DNA from: a virus
Taxonomy: Duplodnaviria > Heunggongvirae > Uroviricota > Caudoviricetes
IMG/VR virus record: IMGVR_UViG_2869970738_000002
Direction: 5' to 3' (one strand)
Length of the DNA stretch: 10,901 nt
This document shows positions 1 through 7,503 of this stretch, one piece after another. The notes under the pieces are model-generated. The model worked only from the letters and a program-made list of their open reading frames with translations. It was not told the origin of the DNA and made no database searches. Position numbers and translations under genes: made by a program. Every line of letters begins with the position of its first letter. The stretch's first letter is position 1.

Positions 1-1119
1 TCAAATAACCAGCTTAACCCATTCCTGACCTCGAGTATCGTTATAGCGATCGGTGGTTGCCTGGACTTTATGTCCTAGTAATGTTTTTGTATCGATACCC
101 TGTGCACGGTACAGCCGTTCTGATAGAGAGCGTTGTTCATGAAATGTTGGCGGAGTTTTTCCTGCTGGTGGAATTATCCCAGCCAGATCCCGTGCTTTGG
201 CAAAGTAGTCGCTCAGGTTGTCTTTACTCATCGGCTTCGGTTGTTTCTGGTGCCGACTATGGATTAGATATGGACTTAATATTCTGTCTCGGCACCCATC
301 AATAACTTCTTTTAACGTTATCCCAATGGCATCACAGCGTAGTGTAAGCGGTAACGCCAGACGCATTCCGGTTTTTCCCTGGGTGATATGCAAGTGTTCG
401 TTCCACACATCTGAAAAACGCATGTGGCAAATGTCATCACGGCGCTGACCAGTAACAATCGCAAGAAGCATTGCGTTACGGATAAAGTGTTTTTCAGGCG
501 TTGCATTGTAAATTTTTTGCCAGTCTTCCATGGTGAGCCTGGCTCTGGTTACTTTAGGGATCGGTTTACGGGTAGCCTCCGGAGGATTCCATCCAGGAGG
601 AACTTCCCCTGCATGCTGTGCTTCTTTATAAATATCAACCCATAATCCACGATTTACTCTCGCTGTGCTGACCATGTCTTTATCCAGCCACTCATCCAGT
701 ATTAATGCAAAGTCTCTTACTTCCAGTTCTTTCAATGGGTGGTTTCCCAGACGGGAAACTAGGTATGCAGCCATTCGAGTTTTTTCTTTGTGAGTTGTAG
801 CTGCAATATCTCCATTTTTCAGTCGCGTGTCCTGTATTTTCAGATATCGATCAACCCATGCCTTTAATCTGATACCCCGACGTTTTGTTGCTGACGGACT
901 TTCATCAATTTTGCGCATGAAATATTCAGCTTCTGCTGCAGCTATTCGCTGATTGGCTGTGGAAGCGATTTTTTCTGCCTTACCTTTGTCTGTTCCGAGT
1001 CCGTGAAATTTTCCAGTCACAGGATTTTTATACTGGTAGTAAACTCTGCCAGTTCTGCGATCAAACTTTTCGTAAAGACCGGCTACGTCAGTGCTGTTTT
1101 TTTGTGGCCTCGGTGACAT
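1..1119 (-). CDS. int: Lambda-family tyrosine integrase (prophage Int), complete
   Basis: 372-aa ORF with ATG at 1119-1117 and TGA at 3-1. The C-terminal catalytic region (LLAIVTGQRRDD...PPTFHEQRSLSERLY...LLGH...TTDRYNDTRGQEW) aligns by eye with lambda Int (AVVTGQRVGDL...PPTFHELRSLSARLY...LLGH...QYRDDRGREW). The N-terminal YYQYKNPVTGKFHGLG resembles the lambda Int arm-binding region. Confidence 0.9.
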   Translation of the reverse strand: MSPRPQKNSTDVAGLYEKFDRRTGRVYYQYKNPVTGKFHGLGTDKGKAEKIASTANQRIAAAEAEYFMRKIDESPSATKRRGIRLKAWVDRYLKIQDTRLKNGDIAATTHKEKTRMAAYLVSRLGNHPLKELEVRDFALILDEWLDKDMVSTARVNRGLWVDIYKEAQHAGEVPPGWNPPEATRKPIPKVTRARLTMEDWQKIYNATPEKHFIRNAMLLAIVTGQRRDDICHMRFSDVWNEHLHITQGKTGMRLALPLTLRCDAIGITLKEVIDGCRDRILSPYLIHSRHQKQPKPMSKDNLSDYFAKARDLAGIIPPAGKTPPTFHEQRSLSERLYRAQGIDTKTLLGHKVQATTDRYNDTRGQEWVKLVI

Positions 1120-1335
1120 GAGTTAAAATCTCCTTCAGTGCATCATCATCGCCAGTATGAATTTCCGGCGCAATTCCCGTTTCACCAGGCCCAACAAATA
1201 CTGCTCGGCGATCTATCAGCCAACGCCCACGAATTTTTTGTGGTCTTGGAACGATGTATCCTAGTTTTCCGTATTTCACCAGGGTAGTGTTTGTTATTGG
1301 GAGACTGAACCGTTTTGGTTTCCACTCGTCGAGCG
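1088..1335 (-). pseudogene. Xis-like excisionase, 5'-truncated by IS1 insertion; 3' end overlaps int start
   Basis: The minus-strand frame gives ...LDEWKPKRFSLPITNTTLVKYGKLGYIVPRPQKIRGRWLIDRRAVFVG..., which resembles lambda Xis (LTLQEWNARQRRPRSLETVRRWVRECRIFPPPVKDGREYLF). The frame stops at 1088, overlapping the int ATG by about 32 nt as in lambda xis/int. The first 58 codons of the track ORF 1088..1510 are IS1 left-end sequence, and no native start codon remains. Confidence 0.5.
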
Positions 1336-1390
1336 GGTAATGCTGCCAACTTACTGATTTAGTGTATGATGGTGATTTTAAGGTGCTTGC

Positions 1391-1666
1391 GTGGTTTCCA
1401 TTTCCATCAGATGTCCTTCCTGCTCCGCGACTGAAGGCGTGGTGCGTAACGGCAAAAGCACTGCCGGACATCAGCGCTATCTCTGCTCTCATTGCCGTAA
1501 AACATGGCAACTACAGTTCACTTACACCGCCTCTCAGCCCGGTACGCACCAGAAAATCATTGATATGGCCATGAATGGCGTCGGATGTCGCGCCAGTGCA
1601 CGCATTATGGGCGTTGGCCTCAACACGGTTTTCCGTCACTTAAAAAACTCAGGCCGCAGTCGGTAA
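1391..1666 (+). CDS. insA: IS1 InsA (transposition inhibitor / N-terminal part of InsAB')
   Basis: 91-aa [46 protein letters not shown]..., highly similar to canonical IS1 InsA with its zinc-finger CxxC...CxxC motif. Confidence 0.9.
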   Translation: MVSISIRCPSCSATEGVVRNGKSTAGHQRYLCSHCRKTWQLQFTYTASQPGTHQKIIDMAMNGVGCRASARIMGVGLNTVFRHLKNSGRSR

Positions 1667-2172
1667 CCTCGCGCATACAACCGGGCAGTGATGTGATTGT
1701 CTGCGCTGAAATGGACGAACAGTGGGGCTACGTCGGTGCTAAATCACGTCAGCGCTGGCTGTTTTACGCGTATGACAGGATACGGAGGACGGTTGCGGCG
1801 CACGTCTTCGGTGAACGCACTCTGGCCACACTGGAGCGTCTTCTGATCCTGCTGTCGGCCTTTGAGGTCGTGGTATGGATGACGGATGGCTGGCCGCTGT
1901 ATGAATCACGCCTGAAGGGAAAGCTGCACGTTATCAGCAAGCGTTACACTCAGCGCATTGAGCGACATAATCTGAATCTGAGACAACATCTGGCAAGGCT
2001 GGGACGGAAGTCACTGTCGTTCTCAAAATCGGTGGAGCTGCATGACAAGGTCATCGGGCATTATCTGAACATAAAACACTATCAGTGGATTTGCCCCTAT
2101 ATTTCCAGACATCTGTTATCACTTAACCCATTACAAGCCCGCTGCCGCAGATATTCCCGTGGCGAGCGATAA
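1585..2172 (+). CDS. insB: IS1 InsB frame, with a 28-aa C-terminal extension read into the inserted IS2
   Basis: The frame ...[58 protein letters not shown]...[12 protein letters not shown] matches InsB. The native TAA stop is displaced by the IS2 insertion after CACTATCAG, so the frame continues [11 protein letters not shown]... to 2172. Confidence 0.75.
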
Positions 2173-3002
2173 CCCAGCGCACTATGCGGATGCCATTCGT
2201 TATAATGTTCGAACGCCTCTGCAAGGTTCTTTGCTGCCGTTAACCCGTCTGGTTTGGGCATGATACTGATGTAGTCACGCTTTATCGTTTTCACGAAGCT
2301 CTCTGCTATTCCGTTACTCTCCGGACTCCGCACCGCCGTGTTCTTCGGTTCAAGTCCCAACATCCGGGCGAACTGGCGTGTTTCATTAGCCCGGTAGCAT
2401 GAACCATTATCCGTCAGCCACTCCACTGGAGACGACGGAAGATCGTTGCCGAAGCGGCGTTCCACCGCTCCCAGCATGACGTCCTGTACTGTTTCACTGT
2501 TGAAGCCGCCGGTAGTCACCGCCCAGTGCAGTGCCTCACGATCACAGCAGTCCAGCGCGAACGTGACACGCAGTCTCTCTCCGTTATCACAGCAGAACTC
2601 GAACCCGTCAGAGCACCATCGCTGATTGCTTTCTTTCACGGCCACTCTGCCTGTATGTGCCCGTTTCGATGGCGGTACAGCAGGTTTTCGCTCAAGCAAC
2701 AGCGCATTCTGGCGCATGATCCGGTAAACACGTTTGGCATTGATCGCAGGCATACCATCAAGTTCTGCCTGTCTGCGAAGCAGCGCCCATACCCGACGAT
2801 AACCATACGTGGGCAGCTCTCCGATAACATGGTGTATACGGAGAAGCACATCCGTATCATCAGTGTGACGACTGCGGCGGCCATCCATCCAGTCATCGGT
2901 TCGTCTGAGAATGACGTGCAACTGCGCACGCGACACCCGGAGACAACGGCTGACTAAGCTTACTCCCCATCCCCGGGCAATAAGGGCGCGTGCGCTATCC
3001 AC
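2097..3002 (-). CDS. insD: IS2 transposase InsD (OrfB)
   Basis: 301-aa [46 protein letters not shown]...; DDE-type IS3-family transposase lying inside the IS2 ends. Confidence 0.95.
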
Positions 3003-3325
3003 TTTTTTGCCCGTCCATATTCAACGGCTTCTTTGAGGAGTTCATTTTCCATCGTTTTCTTACCGAGCAGGCGCTGGAGTTCTTTAATCTGCTTCATGGC
3101 GGCAGCAAGTTCAGAGGCAGGAACAACCTGTTCTCCGGCGGCCACAGCAGTAAGACTTCCTTCCTGGTATTGCTTACGCCAGAGAAATAACTGGCTGGCT
3201 GCTACACCATGTTGCCGGGCAACGAGGGAGACCGTCATCCCCGGTTCAAAGCTCTGCTGAACAATTGCGATCTTTTCCTGTGTGGTACGCCGTCTGCGTT
3301 TCTCCGGTCCTAAGACATCAATCAT
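2960..3325 (-). CDS. insC: IS2 InsC (OrfA; helix-turn-helix regulator / N-terminal part of the InsCD fusion)
   Basis: Within track ORF 2960..3370 the protein starting [56 protein letters not shown] is 121 aa. It overlaps insD, as expected for a -1 frameshift pair. Confidence 0.9.
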
Positions 3326-3439
3326 CTGTACTCCAATGACTAGTCTAAAAACTAGTATTAAGACTATCACTTATTTAAGTGATACTGGTTGTCTGGAGAT
3401 TCAGGGGGCCAGTCTAATCAGTAAGTTGGAGTCATTACC

Positions 3440-4457
3440 CGCCGACTGCCTGGAATTTATCTGGTCGTTACCCGAAAATTCTGTTGACCTGATAGTCACG
3501 GACCCGCCGTACTTTAAAGTGAAGCCTGAGGGCTGGGATAACCAGTGGAAGGGCGACGATGATTACCTGAAGTGGCTGGACCAGTGTCTGGCGCAGTTCT
3601 GGCGGGTGCTGAAACCTGCCGGAAGTCTTTACCTGTTCTGTGGTCATCGCCTGGCATCTGATATCGAAATCATGATGCGTGAACGCTTCAGTGTGCTGAA
3701 CCATATTATCTGGGCGAAGCCGTCCGGACGCTGGAACGGATGCAACAAGGAAAGCCTGCGGGCGTATTTCCCCGCCACAGAGCGCATTCTGTTCGCGGAA
3801 CATTATCAGGGGCCGTATCGTCCGAAAGATGCCGGGTATGCGGCGAAGGGCAGTGCACTGAAACAGCATGTGATGGCCCCGCTGATTTCTTACTTTCGTG
3901 ATGCGCGAGCTGCCCTGGGGATAACGGCAAAACAGATTGCAGATGCCACAGGAAAGAAAAACATGGTGTCGCACTGGTTCAGTGCCAGTCAGTGGCAGTT
4001 GCCGAATGAAAGCGATTATCTGAAATTACAGGCGCTGTTTGCCCGGGTGGCAGAAGAGAAGCATCGGCGTGGTGAACTGGAAAAGCTCCACCACCAGCTG
4101 GTGGATACGTATACCTCACTGAACCGGCAGTATGCGGAGCTGCTGAGTGAATATAAACATCTGCGGCGGTATTTTGGCGTGACGGTGCAGGTGCCGTATA
4201 CCGATGTGTGGACGCATAAACCGGTGCAGTTCTATCCCGGGAAACATCCGTGCGAAAAACCGGCAGAAATGCTGCAGCAGATAATCAGCGCTAGCAGTCG
4301 TCCGGGTGACCTGATTGCAGATTTTTTCATGGGGTCGGGTTCGACAGTGAAAGCGGCACTGGCGCTCGGGCGTCGTGCAATTGGCGTTGAGCTGGAGACT
4401 GAACGTTTTGAGCAGACGGTTCGGGAAGTACAGGATTTAGTCAGCCAGAACGGATGA
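3440..4457 (+). CDS. Orphan DNA methyltransferase (N6-adenine/N4-cytosine class, beta-type motif order), 5' end replaced by IS1/IS2 sequence
   Basis: Motif IV DPPY (SVDLIVTDPPYF) lies near the N-terminus and motif I FxGxG (DFFMGSGST) near the C-terminus. The track ORF 3282..4457 starts at a GTG inside IS2, and native sequence begins at the IS1 boundary (3440) at ...ADCLEF. No restriction endonuclease gene is adjacent. Confidence 0.75.
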
Positions 4458-4459
4458 TA

Positions 4460-4488
4460 TTGAAGAATTAATTACGAGTCGTTATTAT
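4460..4488 (+). promoter_or_regulatory. Sigma70-like promoter immediately upstream of the tRNA cluster
   Basis: TTGAAG (4460-4465), a 17-bp spacer, then TATTAT (4483-4488); the first tRNA starts at 4498. Confidence 0.4.
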
Positions 4489-4497
4489 GCGGCTCCC

Positions 4498-4573
4498 GGC
4501 CCTTTAGCTCAGTGGTGAGAGCGAGCGACTCATAATCGCCAGGTCGCTGGTTCAAATCCAGCAAGGGCCACCA
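4498..4573 (+). tRNA. ileZ: tRNA with anticodon CAU (Ile2 lysidine-type or Met; ileZ-like of lambdoid phages)
   Basis: 76-nt cloverleaf folded by hand: acceptor GGCCCTT/AAGGGCC, D-arm GCTC...GAGC, anticodon loop CTCATAA, T-arm GCTGG-TTCAAAT-CCAGC, 3' ACCA. Confidence 0.85.
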
Positions 4574-4580
4574 TCACATA

Positions 4581-4657
4581 CCGCCATTAGCTCATCAGGA
4601 AAGAGCGCCAGCCTTCGAAGCTGGCTGCGCGGGGTTCAAGTCCCCGATGGCGGTCCA
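4581..4657 (+). tRNA. argN: tRNA-Arg (anticodon UCG; argN-like)
   Basis: 77-nt cloverleaf: acceptor CCGCCAT/ATGGCGG (unusual C1-G72 pair), anticodon stem CCAGC/GCTGG with loop CTTCGAA, T-arm CGGGG-TTCAAGT-CCCCG, 3' TCCA. Confidence 0.8.
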
Positions 4658-4670
4658 TTATCTGCATCAT

Positions 4671-4747
4671 GCGTTGTTAGCTCAGCCGGACAGAGCAATT
4701 GCCTTCTAAGCAATCGGTCACTGGTTCGAATCCAGTACAACGCGCCA
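4671..4747 (+). tRNA. argO: tRNA-Arg (anticodon UCU; argO-like)
   Basis: 77-nt cloverleaf: acceptor GCGTTGT/ACAACGC, anticodon stem ATTGC/GCAAT with loop CTTCTAA, T-arm ACTGG-TTCGAAT-CCAGT, 3' GCCA. Confidence 0.85.
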
Positions 4748-4762
4748 CACTTATTTTCCCTG

Positions 4763-4787
4763 GCTCGCTTTTGCGGGCTTTTTTTTT
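4763..4787 (+). terminator. Rho-independent terminator after the tRNA cluster
   Basis: Stem GCTCGC / GCGGGC with a TTTT loop, followed by a run of nine T (4779-4787). Confidence 0.6.
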
Positions 4788-5013
4788 AAATGTCTCACAA
4801 TTCAGACGGTTGACTGTTGTCTGGTTTGCGGGGAGTTTGTTAAAAGAAACTGGCATGGTGAATCCCCCTGTGCGGAGGGGCAATCAGCGAGTAGGTATAT
4901 GGGATAATCGCGGATTCAGGTGCTGGTACTGAATTCACCGGGAGGCACCCGGCACCATGCAATGGCACATAGCGCCACTCTCCAGCCCCTCTCCGGAGGG
5001 GCTTTCTTGTGGG

Positions 5014-5043
5014 CAAAAAAAGCCCGCGCTGGGAGACGCGGGC
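5014..5043 (-). terminator. Minus-strand Rho-independent terminator with no annotated upstream gene
   Basis: On the minus strand GCCCGCG-TCTCCCAG-CGCGGGC (7-bp GC stem) is followed by TTTTTTT; the plus strand shows AAAAAAA 5014-5020 before the hairpin 5022-5043. Confidence 0.55.
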
Positions 5044-5236
5044 GGCAAGGAATAAACAACAAAACGTGAAGTAATATTTCAGCTGGCGAATAATACCCCA
5101 TAGTAATCACTCTGCGCAACTGCGCGGTCTTTTTCGAATTGCGGGCTGTCGTCTCTCTTCTGCCATTGTCCTGTAACTTCCGGACTTCAGCCCGCTCCTC
5201 ATTTTACTCACAATATTATCCCGGCCGGGAGGATTC

Positions 5237-6625
5237 ATGGCTTTTAAACACTATGATGTTGTCAGGGCGGCGTCGCCGTCAGATCTTGCGGAAAAGCTGA
5301 CACATAAACTGAAAGAGGGCTGGCAGCCGTTTGGTAGTCCGGTGGCCATAACCCCTTATACTCTGATGCAGGCGATTGCAGCAGAAGGTGCAGTAATCAG
5401 CGCCACCAGCGACCCGGAGTATTACTTTGTTGTGGTTCTGGCAGGGCAGTCAAACGGCATGTCGTATGGTGAAGGCCTTCCGCTGCCGGGGACATATGAC
5501 CGTCCGGACCCGCGTATTAAGCAACTGGCGCGTCGCAGTACGGTGACACCGGGCGGTGCAGCATGCAAATATAACGACATCATTCCGGCGGACCATTGTC
5601 TGCATGATGTGCAGGACATGAGCCGTCTTAACCATCCGAAAGCGGACCTGTCAAAGGGGCAGTACGGAACCGTGGGGCAGGGGCTGCATATCGCCAAAAA
5701 ACTGCTGCCGTTTATACCGGCGAATGCGGGCATTCTGCTGGTTCCATGCTGTCGTGGTGGTTCAGCGTTCACCACCGGAGCTGATGGCACATACAGTGAC
5801 GCGAGTGGTGCCTCGGAGAATTCAACCCGCTGGGGTGTGGACAAGCCGCTGTATAAGGACCTTATCGGTCGAACAAAAGCGGCACTGGAGAAGAACCCGA
5901 AAAATGTGCTGTTTGCCGTGGTGTGGATGCAGGGGGAATTTGATTTTGGCGGTACGCCGGCAAATCATGCCGCACAGTTTGGTGCGCTGGTTGATAAATT
6001 CCGTGCAGACCTGGCGGATATGGCAGGCCAGTGCGTCGGTGGCTCTGCTGGCGGTGTTCCCTGGATATGCGGGGACACGACGTATTTCTGGAAGCAGAAG
6101 AACGAATCCACGTACCAGACGGTGTACGGCAGCTATAAAAATAAAACGGAAAAGAATATCCATTTCGTACCGTTCATGACCGATGAGAACGGGGTGAATG
6201 TGCCGACGAACAAACCGGAAGAAGACCCGGACATTCCGGGTATCGGTTATTACGGTTCGAAATGGCGTGACAGCTCAGCCACCTGGACGTCACAGGACAG
6301 GGCGAGCCATTTCAGTTCATGGGCTCGCCGTGGGATTATTTCCGACCGTCTGGCAACGGCGATTCTGAGCTGCGCGGGTAAGTCTTCTGCGTTTGTTAAT
6401 GGTACTGCCGGGGTGGTTGTTCCAGACAGGCCGGTTACCACCTCAGAGTCTGTAATTTTTTACGATGCCAAAAAAGCTACAGACAATCAGCTGAAACCTT
6501 ATGGCTGGGACGGTATGTATGGCAGACGCACACTGGTTGATGACAGCGGCAATAAAGCTCTGCGAATTGAGAAAAATAACAGCTCGAAATCTTGGTCAAT
6601 GTACTGTGAGGTGTACTGGCAATAG
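5237..6625 (+). CDS. Prophage NanS-p-like sialate O-acetylesterase (DUF1737-like N-terminus plus SASA/SGNH GQSN domain); 3' end fused to IS600, probably C-terminally truncated
   Basis: ATG at 5237 preceded by GGGAGG. Protein has the motif VVLAGQSNGMSYGEG and an N-terminal MAFKHYDVVRA...LKEGWQPFGSP module. Sits directly downstream of the ileZ-argN-argO tRNAs, as nanS-p does in lambdoid and Stx prophages. The last 19 nt (6607-6625), including the stop, lie inside the IS600 terminal repeat. Confidence 0.75.
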   Translation: MAFKHYDVVRAASPSDLAEKLTHKLKEGWQPFGSPVAITPYTLMQAIAAEGAVISATSDPEYYFVVVLAGQSNGMSYGEGLPLPGTYDRPDPRIKQLARRSTVTPGGAACKYNDIIPADHCLHDVQDMSRLNHPKADLSKGQYGTVGQGLHIAKKLLPFIPANAGILLVPCCRGGSAFTTGADGTYSDASGASENSTRWGVDKPLYKDLIGRTKAALEKNPKNVLFAVVWMQGEFDFGGTPANHAAQFGALVDKFRADLADMAGQCVGGSAGGVPWICGDTTYFWKQKNESTYQTVYGSYKNKTEKNIHFVPFMTDENGVNVPTNKPEEDPDIPGIGYYGSKWRDSSATWTSQDRASHFSSWARRGIISDRLATAILSCAGKSSAFVNGTAGVVVPDRPVTTSESVIFYDAKKATDNQLKPYGWDGMYGRRTLVDDSGNKALRIEKNNSSKSWSMYCEVYWQ

Positions 6626-6649
6626 CGGACACTACCATTTGTTCTTTTT

Positions 6650-7468
6650 TTAAGCAGCCATCTGATGATATTTTTCCCTGAAGGCTGCCGGGGAGATATT
6701 CCCCAGACGAGAGTGACGACGCTGACGATTGTAGAAAATCTCAATGTATTCCCGTATTACTGAGATGGCTTCATCCCGGTTATTAAAACGATAGTGGCTC
6801 AGGCTCTCATTTTTCAGCGTTCCCCAGAAGCTTTCCATCGGAGCGTTGTCGTAACAGTGACCTTTACGCGACATTGATGTTTTCAGACCAGACTGCTCCT
6901 GTATGACCCGGTAATCGTATGCGCAGTACTGTGAACCTCGATCAGAGTGGTGGATTAGCCCGGCAGGTGGGCGCTGGCTCCTGAGCGCCATAAACAGGGC
7001 TTTACCTGTCAGCTCTTTTGTCATGCGCTCTCCCATGGCGTAGCCGACAATTTCGCACGTATAAACATCTTTGATGCCAGCGAGGTACAACCATCCCTCC
7101 TGTGTGGCAACATACGTCAGGTCCGCCACCCAGACCTGATTTGGTGCTGTAGGAGCGAACGTCTGGTTCAGCAGATTTGGCGCAACTGGCAGATTGTGGT
7201 TCGGGTTCGTAGTCGCTCTGAACTTGCGTTTCTGCTTACAGCGTAGCCTTAGCTCCTTACGAAGACGTGCCAGTCGGTCACGACCAACGATGATGCCATT
7301 CTCTGCCAGCTCCGTCTGGAGCCGCCGGGTTCCATATGTTTCGCGAGTGCGGATATGTGCCACCTTAATCTCCAGTTTTAGCCGCTCATCACTTTGTTTT
7401 CTGTCTGAGGGTTCATGCTGTACCCAGTTGTAATAACCGCTCCTGGATACACCAAATACCTGACACAT
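6650..7468 (-). CDS. IS600-like OrfB (DDE transposase catalytic subunit; expressed as an OrfAB fusion by -1 frameshift)
   Basis: 272-aa ORF with IS3-family DDE transposase features (...WVADLTYV...HHSDRGSQY...). The orfB frame is open upstream through the orfA stop, with a CTGAAAAAT slippery-like run near 7511-7519. Confidence 0.9.
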   Translation of the reverse strand: MCQVFGVSRSGYYNWVQHEPSDRKQSDERLKLEIKVAHIRTRETYGTRRLQTELAENGIIVGRDRLARLRKELRLRCKQKRKFRATTNPNHNLPVAPNLLNQTFAPTAPNQVWVADLTYVATQEGWLYLAGIKDVYTCEIVGYAMGERMTKELTGKALFMALRSQRPPAGLIHHSDRGSQYCAYDYRVIQEQSGLKTSMSRKGHCYDNAPMESFWGTLKNESLSHYRFNNRDEAISVIREYIEIFYNRQRRHSRLGNISPAAFREKYHQMAA

Positions 7469-7503
7469 CGCTTCAATGGGAAATTGTTGTCGCCATTGTT
7501 CGA

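Larger units (their letters stand above)
2086..3416 (-). mobile_element. IS2, 1331 bp, inverted relative to window, nested inside IS1
   Basis: Plus strand starts TGGATTTGCCCCTATATTTCCAGACATCTGTTATCACTTAACC (reverse complement of the IS2 right end) and ends ...GGTTGTCTGGAGATTCAGGGGGCCAGTCTA (reverse complement of the IS2 left end). Flanked by the direct 5-bp repeat ATCAG (2081-2085 and 3417-3421), the target duplication expected for IS2. Confidence 0.95.
1336..3439 (+). mobile_element. IS1 (divergent isoform), 768 bp in total, split by a nested IS2 at 18 bp from its right end
   Basis: Left end GGTAATGCTGCCAACTTACTGAT at 1336 and right end ...TAAGTTGGAGTCATTACC ending at 3439. The two IS1 parts, 1336-2085 and 3422-3439, sum to 768 bp. 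insA and insB are present, with the A6C frameshift motif TTAAAAAAC at 1641-1649. About 10% divergent from the second IS1 copy at 8360-9127 (estimate by eye). Confidence 0.9.

Noticed and set aside
57-645. Four small ORFs (57..305, 218..448, 318..506, 424..645) inside the integrase gene
   Set aside because: They overlap a well-supported integrase CDS in alternative frames and have no independent signals.
1088-1510. 140-aa minus-strand ORF taken as an intact gene
   Set aside because: Its first 58 codons are the IS1 left end read in an open frame; only 1088-1335 is native (Xis-like) sequence. It is an IS-gene fusion artefact, not an intact CDS.
3468-3974. ORFs 3468..3974 and 3706..3930 antisense to the methyltransferase
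   Set aside because: Antisense overlaps of a CDS with clear catalytic motifs; no start or RBS context.
4677-4932. ORFs 4677..4883 (-) and 4699..4932 (+)
   Set aside because: Both overlap the tRNA-Arg(UCU) gene and the terminator; tRNA and terminator sequence translated in-frame.
4760-5060. GC-rich hairpins as REP/BIME elements
   Set aside because: They do not resemble the E. coli REP consensus I recall and each has terminator-like geometry; treated as terminators or structured RNA.
4916-5119. 67-aa minus-strand ORF in the tRNA to nanS-p spacer
   Set aside because: Contains the GC-rich terminator hairpin within its coding sequence, has no RBS, and its Pro/Arg/Ala-rich translation looks like translated structured RNA.
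4790-5236. Shiga toxin (stxAB) remnants between the tRNAs and the esterase gene
   Set aside because: No ORF of suitable size and no similarity, by eye, to the start of stx2A as I recall it; the spacer is made of hairpins and terminators.
5422-6744. Six ORFs overlapping the esterase gene on either strand (5422..5844, 5450..5635, 5724..6179, 5822..6163, 6250..6441, 6499..6744)
   Set aside because: All lie within or across the NanS-p-like CDS and the IS600 end in other frames; the esterase frame carries the recognisable motifs.
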